Part shown: positions 1 through 9,100 of the stretch, in pieces | Layout: every line of letters begins with the position of its first letter | How positions within the stretch are numbered: the stretch's first letter is position 1 | Origin: a virus | Taxonomy: Duplodnaviria; Caudoviricetes | Virus record (IMG/VR): IMGVR_UViG_3300020442_004525 | Coordinates: 1 to 57,997 of that record | Length of the DNA: 57,997 bases | Reading direction: 5' to 3' (one strand) | Notes under the pieces: model-generated | What the model saw: only the letters and a program-made list of their open reading frames with translations | The model's database searches: none | Told to the model about the DNA's origin: nothing | Made by a program: the position numbers and the translations under genes

Positions 1-447
1 ACTGTTACTGCAAATGGAATTAATTTAGCAACACAAGAAAATTATGATATACAATTAATATCTGCTAATTATTCTATAGTAGCAAAAAGAAAATATAATT
101 ATAGTATAAGAGCTAATGAACATCCTATTAATCAGTTTGTTCCTGGTGCTATGATGCCTTATAGAGTGTCTTTGTCTGAAGTAGAAGTTAATTGTAATAT
201 ATCATCTAATAAAATTATACCTAATATGAATGAAAGCGGTTATCTTCAAAACTCTTTTGAGAGCTTAAACCTTAGGGAGTTGGAAGTTCAGCTTAGTTTG
301 TTTGAGGCTAGGAATTTTAGTACTGGTAGTGAATCTAATAATTTAGCTAATTTTAGTTGCATTGGTAATGTGACTAGTCAAAATCTTGAAGTGTCTGACG
401 GCTCGTATTTGGTTGGGTCTTTTAATGTAATGCAGGTATTGAAATGA
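1..447 (+). CDS. 5'-truncated phage structural protein (possibly tail tube-like)
   Basis: Frame 1 is open from base 1 (TVTANGINLATQ...) to the TGA at 445-447, which overlaps the next ATG (ATGA). It lies directly upstream of the tail-tip operon. The function is a guess. Confidence 0.55.
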   Translation, partial: TVTANGINLATQENYDIQLISANYSIVAKRKYNYSIRANEHPINQFVPGAMMPYRVSLSEVEVNCNISSNKIIPNMNESGYLQNSFESLNLRELEVQLSLFEARNFSTGSESNNLANFSCIGNVTSQNLEVSDGSYLVGSFNVMQVLK

Positions 448-3400
448 GTGTAAAATATAGAGGTTTTTGGGATCCATCTGAATTATATGAAACAGGGGAT
501 ATTGTCGAATATTATAGCAGTTCGGTGGCTGATGCAAGTAAGCCTTATGCTGGAATTTCATCTTATACATATACTAGCGCTGGGTCTACTGTAGGAATAT
601 GCCCTTTAAAAAACTTTACCAACCCTCGCAGTTTATCCACCGCGTCCGCGCCGATAGAAATAAGTCTCTCTAGAGACGTTTTAAGATCTTTTGTTTCCGC
701 CCAGGGAATCTGGAATAGTTATAAATATTATAATCCAGGTGAATGGGAGGGTCCACATGGGGTAACCAAGGCTGGTGGAAAACTTGAAGATGTTAATAGT
801 GAATATTGGGCGGAAGGCGTGGCTACCGAGCAGGCTGAGTGGGGAGATTTAACCAAGTACGACGCATCCCATCAGGAGTATGGATCATCTTCCCAGAAAA
901 CATTATCCAAAGGCAAATATGACACACCTAACGAAGAATTATCTGAAGAATTTTCAGAAGTTCAGGGTGAAACGGACTCTGATGCATATTATATATCTTC
1001 TGTACAAAATTATAAGAACAATTTTAGTGAGTCCGAAAACTATAAAAAATTTGATATTGTTCGAAGTCCTGTGTCTAGCGCATTTTATTATGCACGGTCC
1101 GATATAACTGGAGTTGATCAAAGTTCAACTTTAACTTTTACAAATATAGAAATCAGAGAGCCATCAGATTATACTTATTCTTCTAATCATATTGCAACAA
1201 TAGAATACCTTGGGACTGCCGATTCAGGCTGGGTTGCTAACGGGGAGAGTATCATAAAAGTCGGTCACACTTTAAACTTTTCAGAATTTACTAACGATTT
1301 AAATAACAGACTGCTGATGGTTATAGGTGTTAGTCCTGATTTAATTTGGTTGGGCTCTTTTGGGAATGACGATAAGGAACTAGCTGTTTACGAAAAGATT
1401 ACTGGGAATATGTCGGTAGAGCTGTCGTCTGGTCAGGTTAATATAACAAGTAATGATGCTGTTTGGTCTAGCGATCAATTCTTTTTTGACCCAGACTATG
1501 GGTCTAGCGTAGAATTTAGCGCTTTCAATAAAAAGTTTGAGCACGGTGACGGTTATTCTTCGGTGTCTCCATTTGGAGTTAACTCTATAAGGATGCGGTT
1601 TGACTTGGAGTTTACTAATAGAAGTAATCGAGAAGCTAATGCTATCCTTCATTTTTTGGAAAATAACCTTGGTCAGCACGAACGCCAAAAACCTAGTACC
1701 CAGCTAGAGTATGACCAGGGGATATCTGGTTTTAGGATGGATGGAGAGAGTTTATTTTTTCCATATAATTCAACGGAAAATTTAACAAGAAGATTTCATT
1801 GCTTTGATTTTTCGCACGAAATTGAAAATGAAGATGTTCATACTGTTCGGGCAAAGATAGAAAATAGTACAGCTTCTACATTAACTTTGGCGCACCAAAT
1901 TTTCGTAAAAGAGGCTGGACTGTGGGACGCTGATAAGACTTATAATCAACATGATGTTGTTTTTTGCCATGATAATTCTAAGTACTATTACTCCAAATCT
2001 GCTCGCCCTCAGTCTGGTAATAGGCCTTGGATTCTTGAAGGAGAAGATGCGACTTCAATCAATAAGAATATATGGACAAGAGAGTTTTATTGGTCTCCCT
2101 CTGTACCTTTTAATGTATCTCACTCACCTAGTATAGAGAAGTTTGGTACAGCTCATGGCCCATATACCCAATATTACCCAGAAAACCAGCAGAATGTAAA
2201 CTTATTAGAATTAGATTTAGAATTCGAAAATAGAAGTGACGAGGAGGCTTACGCTATACTTCATTTTCTTGAAATGCATTTAGGTTATTTGTCGTTCTTG
2301 TTTGTTCCACCCTCTCCATATAATAGGAAAAGGAGGTTTTATTGCGAGAAGTGGAAGCATACTTATGTATTTAAAAACAATCATAAAATTTCTGCTACTT
2401 TCGTTCAGTTCCCCCTGGGGCAGAATACACCTCTTGATGATGACGAAATAGATAAGATAGAGGTTAAGGTAAAAAAGAAGCCTGGCAGGTTGTTAATGTC
2501 CTCCGCCCCATCTATTTCGGTTAATCAAAATTACAAAAAAGATGATAGTTTTTATGTTAAAATTCCAATAACACTAGCAAATGATGGAGAGACTGATATT
2601 TTTATAAAAACAATTTCACCAGATCAAAATACTGTTCATTCTGATGCTAAGTTTAAAACTTTAAAATGGGGTGGCTATAAAGATTCTGTTACTACTGGAT
2701 ATATGATAGGTAGTCAAACCTTGTCTTCTACTTCTGATATAAATATTAATGGGAACGATTCTGATGGTGTTGTTATATACAATACAAATTCTGCGCAATA
2801 TATTCATACTGAAAATGGAGTATTATACAAGCTAGAGGCTGGTTCTGAGCCTGAGTATCTTGAGGTTGCTGAACATAAGGCAGATATAACTGAAGCTCCT
2901 GCAGATAATAAAATTAGTCCAGGTGAGAATTATAAATTATTTTGCCAGTTTGACTCAAGCGAAGTAGTGTCTACTACAAGTAGGTCTGCGGAGCATAAAA
3001 CCGAAGTTAATATTACTTACTGTTATGCTCCTTCGAGTGAGCCCCTGTTTGACCCTAGTTTAGAATATACAAAAGGTAATATAGTTCAGCATGCGGGGGT
3101 TGTGTATCAGGCTAAAGAAGATATTTCCCCTGCAGTTTGGAACGCATCTAAATGGGATGAATATATAATAAGCACTTCTATTCCTATTGATGTTGTCGTT
3201 AATCCAGAATTAAGAGACGGGGTTAAAGATAGTATTTCAATAGAAATTTCTAGATTTGATAGGGATAACTCTACTGTAGTTGATTATGATATTAGAGATA
3301 ATTCTGATGCCGTGATCATGCTTAGTCAGAAGGAGAAAAATTTATTTTTTGATATTGCTGGAAGCGTATCTGGGGAGGGTGGTAGGCTTGCTGTACCTTC

Positions 3401-4670
3401 AAGTCCTTTAGATATTGAAAGAATACTAGAAGTTAGTACGGATATAGAAACCTATGTTTACTTGGGTATAAAATACGACCCAGAGAAAGATCAATACTAT
3501 GATTATTATGACCCAAGTTTCGTTAATGTAAGTCAAGGTAACGAAAATATTATTAGCGAAGAAGAGTATTTTGCCCTAGCTCCTTCCGATAAACAAAATT
3601 ACTCTAGGTCTTCTGTGTTAGATTTTTCTGATGTGCCATTGGATCAAGGGGAGGGCGGGGAATATGTTGCGCTTAATATCAAGACTGGAAGTTTTATGCT
3701 TGTTTCTGAGAACTCTAAAATTGTTGAGGGTCATGTTGTTGAAGATACTGAAAGCTTGTCTAATGGATCTATTAATTTGTCGGACTATATATCTTCTCAT
3801 GAAAAAATTGAAGGGAGAAGTCTTGGCGAACTTCAAGAGATTAATGTAACCCTAAAGGGTATATTTTTATCCGAAGACCCGAGGATTCCCGCTATATCAA
3901 CAGGCGGCGGCTATAGTGATGAGGCTGAGTTGAATCTATATCTTGGCACCTCAGACGAGGCCTGTGAGATTATTGGTCGGGGTGGACAGGGCGGTAACGG
4001 AATGATAAGCGAAGGAATTATTTACGAGAATGGACAACCCACTGAAGTCGATTCAGATCTGAACCCTCCTACCTCGGGCGAAGACGGTGGGGATGCTATA
4101 TATATCGACGACCACGTTGGCACTTCGGGGGTTAATATATACTTGGTTAATTGTTCTATACTTGGTGGCGGCGGTGGTGGCGGTGGCGGTGGCTATCAGT
4201 CTGATTTCAAGAGGATAAAAAACTATAATTTTGTTAATATAGGAGGCGGTGGCGGTGGCGGCGCCGGCCATGCTATAGGAGGTTTTCCGCTTGGCGAAAG
4301 ATCTATATCAACCGATGGTTCTTCAGTTAGGGGTGGTCAGCCTATTAATAATGCAACAGAATACAGAAGCGCCTTAACTAAGGGAGGTGATGGGGGCGGA
4401 TTTGGTGAAGACGGTCAACCTGGGGGCGAAGTTGGAACCGTGTTCGAATACAACAGAGTTGGCGCGGGGGGTTCTGCCGGTAGATCTATTTCCTGGGGTT
4501 CTAATATGGTTCCTAATATATTTTTGGATAACGTAAAAATGGATTATGAGACGCATGGGGGTGTCCTATCTTTTTATGATAGTAGTGACAGATCTATAAA
4601 TAACCTTCCTGAGGATTCTAAAGTGGATGTTGCTGGGGAATGTTTACAAAGAACTCAGTCAGATTTATAA
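444..4670 (+). CDS. Enlarged minor tail protein gpM/Dit-like, with two gpM domains, CBM5/12-like modules and a Gly-rich C-terminus
   Basis: Two gpM-like units: FFFDPDYGSS...GDGY...GVN...FDLEFTNRSNREANAILHFLE and FYWSPS...LEFENRSDEEAYAILHFLEMHLGYLSFLFVPP...FYCEKW...ISATFVQ. It precedes gpL as in the lambda M-L-K-I-J order. Confidence 0.8.
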   Translation: MSVKYRGFWDPSELYETGDIVEYYSSSVADASKPYAGISSYTYTSAGSTVGICPLKNFTNPRSLSTASAPIEISLSRDVLRSFVSAQGIWNSYKYYNPGEWEGPHGVTKAGGKLEDVNSEYWAEGVATEQAEWGDLTKYDASHQEYGSSSQKTLSKGKYDTPNEELSEEFSEVQGETDSDAYYISSVQNYKNNFSESENYKKFDIVRSPVSSAFYYARSDITGVDQSSTLTFTNIEIREPSDYTYSSNHIATIEYLGTADSGWVANGESIIKVGHTLNFSEFTNDLNNRLLMVIGVSPDLIWLGSFGNDDKELAVYEKITGNMSVELSSGQVNITSNDAVWSSDQFFFDPDYGSSVEFSAFNKKFEHGDGYSSVSPFGVNSIRMRFDLEFTNRSNREANAILHFLENNLGQHERQKPSTQLEYDQGISGFRMDGESLFFPYNSTENLTRRFHCFDFSHEIENEDVHTVRAKIENSTASTLTLAHQIFVKEAGLWDADKTYNQHDVVFCHDNSKYYYSKSARPQSGNRPWILEGEDATSINKNIWTREFYWSPSVPFNVSHSPSIEKFGTAHGPYTQYYPENQQNVNLLELDLEFENRSDEEAYAILHFLEMHLGYLSFLFVPPSPYNRKRRFYCEKWKHTYVFKNNHKISATFVQFPLGQNTPLDDDEIDKIEVKVKKKPGRLLMSSAPSISVNQNYKKDDSFYVKIPITLANDGETDIFIKTISPDQNTVHSDAKFKTLKWGGYKDSVTTGYMIGSQTLSSTSDININGNDSDGVVIYNTNSAQYIHTENGVLYKLEAGSEPEYLEVAEHKADITEAPADNKISPGENYKLFCQFDSSEVVSTTSRSAEHKTEVNITYCYAPSSEPLFDPSLEYTKGNIVQHAGVVYQAKEDISPAVWNASKWDEYIISTSIPIDVVVNPELRDGVKDSISIEISRFDRDNSTVVDYDIRDNSDAVIMLSQKEKNLFFDIAGSVSGEGGRLAVPSSPLDIERILEVSTDIETYVYLGIKYDPEKDQYYDYYDPSFVNVSQGNENIISEEEYFALAPSDKQNYSRSSVLDFSDVPLDQGEGGEYVALNIKTGSFMLVSENSKIVEGHVVEDTESLSNGSINLSDYISSHEKIEGRSLGELQEINVTLKGIFLSEDPRIPAISTGGGYSDEAELNLYLGTSDEACEIIGRGGQGGNGMISEGIIYENGQPTEVDSDLNPPTSGEDGGDAIYIDDHVGTSGVNIYLVNCSILGGGGGGGGGGYQSDFKRIKNYNFVNIGGGGGGGAGHAIGGFPLGERSISTDGSSVRGGQPINNATEYRSALTKGGDGGGFGEDGQPGGEVGTVFEYNRVGAGGSAGRSISWGSNMVPNIFLDNVKMDYETHGGVLSFYDSSDRSINNLPEDSKVDVAGECLQRTQSDL

Positions 4671-4677
4671 TATATAA

Positions 4678-5796
4678 ATGAAAGAAGAAGATCCATCACT
4701 TAAGAAAGTCGCTGTTGAGCTTTTTAAAATGCAGCCTGATGCTCTGGTTGAATTTTTTGAGATAGATTTCTCTAACCTTCAGGAGGATTTTAGGGAATTA
4801 GAAGAAAAATATGGTAAGCCATTGGGTCTTGCTCAAGGTGCAGAGTCTGTATATAGATTTACGTCAAATATAAATGGGTCTAATCCTTTATACTGGCAGG
4901 GTAAAGGTTATCAACCTCTACCTATTGAGACGTCGGACTTCGAGTCGCCTTCTGACGGAAGGCTTCCTCGACCCAAATTGGTTATCGCTAATCCTTCTGG
5001 GCTTTTATCCTCTATAGTTGCTGTTAATCATGACTTTCATGGGTGCAAAGTAACCAGAAAAAGGACTTTTGTTAAATTTTTAGACGACCAAAATTTTCCA
5101 GCAAATAGTTTTCAGTATAAAGATGTTGATGGAAATTTGATTGATGTTGTAAGAAACCGAACGCAGGACGAGTCGGGTAATGCTATACCTGGAACTAATC
5201 CTTTTGGTAAGGCTGACCCTAATGCTCACCTGCCTGACGATATCTATTATATTAATCGTAAGGTTATGGATTCCAAAACCAGCATAGAGTTTGAAATGAC
5301 ATCTATACTGGAAATTGGAGATTTAAAGTTTCCTGACAGGCAAATCCTTGCAGACTACTGTGGTTTTAGATATAGGGATTCTAGGTCTTGCGGTTATAAA
5401 GGTCTACCCGTAAAAGGGCCTAATGGACAAAGGTTTTCTGTATATGGTATTTATGAATTAACTTTCATTAACTCTAAGGGTGTTAGGAGGACGCTAACAG
5501 ATGATACATTAAATACCGTTCCTTTCTGGGACTCTTCCATACAATACCAAAAAGGTGACGTTGTTAGATTACCTATAGGTCGGCACCCTTCTGTGGAGTC
5601 TTATTATGTATGTATAAAAACACCAAAAAATAATGTTCCCTGCCCCTCACCCTCTTCTAGTGAAGAGATTTGGGTTTTAGATGCTTGCCAAAAAGATTTA
5701 TCCAGCTGTATATGCCATTTTGGTAAAGAGGCTGCGAGCAAAAAGGGGATAAATTTTGGAGGATTTCCGTCTACTGAGGGCGCTAGGTTTTCTTAA
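4678..5796 (+). CDS. Minor tail protein gpL-like (Fe-S cluster tail-tip protein)
   Basis: LVEFFEID, WQGKGYQPLPIE, GRLPRPKLVIAN, KVTRKRTFVKFLD; Cys set YCGFRYR..CGY...DACQKDLSSC; terminal FGGFP. Confidence 0.9.
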   Translation: MKEEDPSLKKVAVELFKMQPDALVEFFEIDFSNLQEDFRELEEKYGKPLGLAQGAESVYRFTSNINGSNPLYWQGKGYQPLPIETSDFESPSDGRLPRPKLVIANPSGLLSSIVAVNHDFHGCKVTRKRTFVKFLDDQNFPANSFQYKDVDGNLIDVVRNRTQDESGNAIPGTNPFGKADPNAHLPDDIYYINRKVMDSKTSIEFEMTSILEIGDLKFPDRQILADYCGFRYRDSRSCGYKGLPVKGPNGQRFSVYGIYELTFINSKGVRRTLTDDTLNTVPFWDSSIQYQKGDVVRLPIGRHPSVESYYVCIKTPKNNVPCPSPSSSEEIWVLDACQKDLSSCICHFGKEAASKKGINFGGFPSTEGARFS

Positions 5797-5797
5797 T

Positions 5798-6142
5798 ATG
5801 GATGAAGGGCTACTCAAGAATATACTTACTCAGTCTAGGGTTTATTTTTTAAAAAATAGATACCAGGAGTCGTGCGGTGTTGTTTTTAATAAAAAGGTAA
5901 AATTTACACCAATAAAAAATGAGGCACCAAGTGGGTGGACTTTCTCTTTAACTCCAAGACTTCACTTAATAAAGTCTAAAATAAAAATAATCTGCCATTC
6001 TCACCCTTTTGGGGATGCGTATCCATCTGCTCTTGATACTAAAACCGCAATAGATCTCGATACTCCTTTTCTTATATATAGCTGTTTATATGATAATTTT
6101 GTATTTTTTGACCTTGAAAAGTGTAAGCCTTATAAGGTCTAA
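5798..6142 (+). CDS. gpK-like JAB/MPN metalloprotease (no NlpC/P60 domain)
   Basis: ESCG plus the JAMM motif HSHPFGDAYPSALD. The ATG at 5798, right after the gpL stop, is preferred over the track start at 5756. Confidence 0.85.
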   Translation: MDEGLLKNILTQSRVYFLKNRYQESCGVVFNKKVKFTPIKNEAPSGWTFSLTPRLHLIKSKIKIICHSHPFGDAYPSALDTKTAIDLDTPFLIYSCLYDNFVFFDLEKCKPYKV

Positions 6143-6148
6143 GGTGTT

Positions 6149-9100
6149 ATGAAAAAGGTATATTTACATGGCGGTTTATCAGATGGCATTCGCTCTGAGT
6201 GGGAGTTGAATGTTAAGACTCCTGCTGAAGCAATACGAGCAATCAATGTAAACTGCCTTGGGGCCTTGCTTGAGAATATTTATAAACTTGCCGATGAGGG
6301 TTCTTGTATCGGATTTGCCTGTTTGTCTTCGGAAGAATCTAAGACTGCTGAGAAAATTAATTCCGAAGAGGATGTCAGTGAACAGGTTATGGTTGAATTT
6401 TTGCAATCCCCTGAAAGGCTTGACATGGAGGGGGATTTTGATGAAATACATATTATGCCCGCTGTGGATGGTAATTTTGTAGTTACCCCCACTTTGACTG
6501 CTGCGTTTATTGCAAAAACAGTATTTATGATGGTCGTAGGAATGCTGATCGCTGGTATTGCTGCAGCTATGTTTCCCCCAGTTAAGGTTACTAACAATAC
6601 TAGAACCACTAAATCCTACTCCTTTGGTGACAGGCCTAATATAAGAAGGCAAGGCGGGCCCATTCCCGTGGGGTATGGCATGTTGAGATTAGGGTCTATA
6701 ACTTCATCTTTTTCTAGAAGAAATAAATTTCTTCCTGGAGGCATAAACAACGGAATGATCGAGTCCTATACCAGCTTCGTAACTCATGATTTAATATCCG
6801 AAGGCCCTATTGAGGGGTTTTGTGATTCTAATGGAATTTCAGTTGCGCCGTATTCCGAAGGTCAGTATAAGAGGTTTGATAAAAACCCTGTTTTAAAGTC
6901 TATATTTATTAATGACGTAAAGCTAATGAATGATCAGGGGCAACTAAATATTATACCCAATGAAGACGCAGGTGCTGGAGAAACACAGCCCATATTTTCT
7001 TTAGGATATAACTCTGACTCAAGAACTCACAAAAACCCAAGCTACGGGATTGATTACGAGAAAAAAGGACAGAGCCCCTTAATTGGTCCAGATAAAAAAA
7101 TAAGCGGCTTTGCTTCAAACGTTAAAAAGTCTGGTGCCAGTGCATTTACATACGCTGTTTCTGACCGAAATGTTGGGATTCTTACCTTGAACATATCTTC
7201 TGAAAGAATGTTTAATAATTGGACGGACAAAAGAGTGCGGCGCAGGCTGTTTGGCACAAGGGTTTCTGTTACACAAGGAACCGATCCAGTAGCAGTGCAG
7301 CTCGCAATTAGAATATTTGATGGAAAGAAGTACGTGAGCCCTATAGACGTTAGGGGTGGCGACAGCTCTTACTCTCAGTTGGAGGATGTTGATAAATCTA
7401 AACAAAATTATACCTCTAATTATACAATGTCTAAATATTTGGGAGAAGGTAATCATAAGCCTCGTATTACGGTTAGTGATTCGCTTTTGGTTAAATATTT
7501 TACATGGACTTTGTTTGAGAGCTTATCAACCAATCAATATCATTTTAGTGGCCCCGCTCATCCTGAGGGCTGGGAATCAACTTTCGTGAGCGTGAGTGAC
7601 TATAATTCTTTGCCCGATAGTCAGCCCTCATCATCAACCACGCCATGGAAGGGATGGTATTTATCTGAGCCATATTCTAAGCCTTTAAAGAGCAAATTAT
7701 TTCATGTCGTGCGCTCTGCTGAAGATTTTGTTCAAAAATTTCAAAGCGCTTATTTATCATCTGCAACATTTGATTTTATGGGGCAAGGGGAAAAGACTTT
7801 GAAAGAAATATTTTCTATGTATTTTGATGATAACAAAAGAATCGAAGAGGGTGTGTTAAAGGATAAATCTAAGTCAAAAATATCTACTGCTGCGGAAGTT
7901 CTGGGTGTGCTGTCTGCTCAAACAAGGTCTGGTGTACGTGCTTCTGATATATTTTTAAATAATTTTCACCTGTGTATGTCTTTAATAAAATCCCACCTTG
8001 ATGAAGATCAAACATTAGGTAATGATGGTAATATTTATGTCACGAGAAGTAAAATGTATTATAGGCATATTGGTAAAACTTATGCTAAAAATATGTGGGA
8101 GGTTCTTGCGCTTGCCAAAAAAGGAAGTAATTGGTCATTTGACAAAAAGAAGCAGAAATGGTTCAAATATAAAAGTAAGCAGTATATTAGCTCACTTCAA
8201 TACAGTACTCGTAATTTAAAATTTCGAAATCAAAATGGTGATCTGGTTAGTAGTCCTTTTAAAGATCAAAGCGATAACCCTTGGGTTAGCGCTGGCAATT
8301 GGAACTTTAACCAAAGTATTATTACGATCAGGGGTATAAGTACGGCTCCTGCATCTATAGATTTTAATATTCAACTTCCTTATATTGGTCAAGGAGAGTC
8401 TCTTACTGTGCAGCTTGTAAGAATTACACCCGAAATCACAGGTGTTCAAGCTCAAGCCGAAACTCAAAAGAGGTTATCCCTTAAGGGTATACGTCAACAT
8501 AAAACAATAGCTGGAAAAAGAATGAGCTTCTCAAGTCCATGTACTGCGTGGATAGCTACGGAATTTGATTCTGTAAATTTTCAGCAAATTCCTGATAGAA
8601 ATTATTTGGTTAAGCTTAAAAAAGTTGCAGTGCCTAGTAATTATAATGTTTACTCTAGATCATGTCTAGGTGCGTGGAACGGTTTGTTTAGGGGACAGCT
8701 TGATGGTGATAGATTTAGTGATATATCTGAAAGCGATTTAGTGTGGACGGAAAACCCCGCCTGGATTTTATTGGATATACTTACTAACACTAGATTCGGC
8801 ATCGGTAAATCTGGATTATCTGCAGAAGATATAGATATATGGAATTTGTATAATGTTTCTAAATTCTGCGATGAGTTGGTTGAGACAGGTTTTCCTAATG
8901 AAAGGCCATATCGAGCTTTTGTTACAGATAATCGAAGTCCAGATGATGTATCCGAGGGTGTTCCCGCTAAAAATTATTTAATAGGTTCTGGCGCTCAGGA
9001 TGCAGAGTATTGGGATCAATTTTCTAAAGCTAAAACTTTCGAGGTTTTGGTGGTGGATGAAAATGGAGAGCTTGTTACTGAGGAAGAATTCTCCAGGGAA

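Noticed and set aside
4160-4270. GGC/GGT runs as a possible G-quadruplex or microsatellite
   Set aside because: Explained by poly-Gly codons of the Gly-rich domain.
5756-5797. Track start of the JAB gene
   Set aside because: It overlaps the conserved gpL C-terminus; the ATG at 5798 fits better.
5798-6480. JAB plus Ubl as a CBASS/Bil-like defence system
   Set aside because: No E1/E2 or cyclase is present, and the position matches the lambda K-I tail genes.
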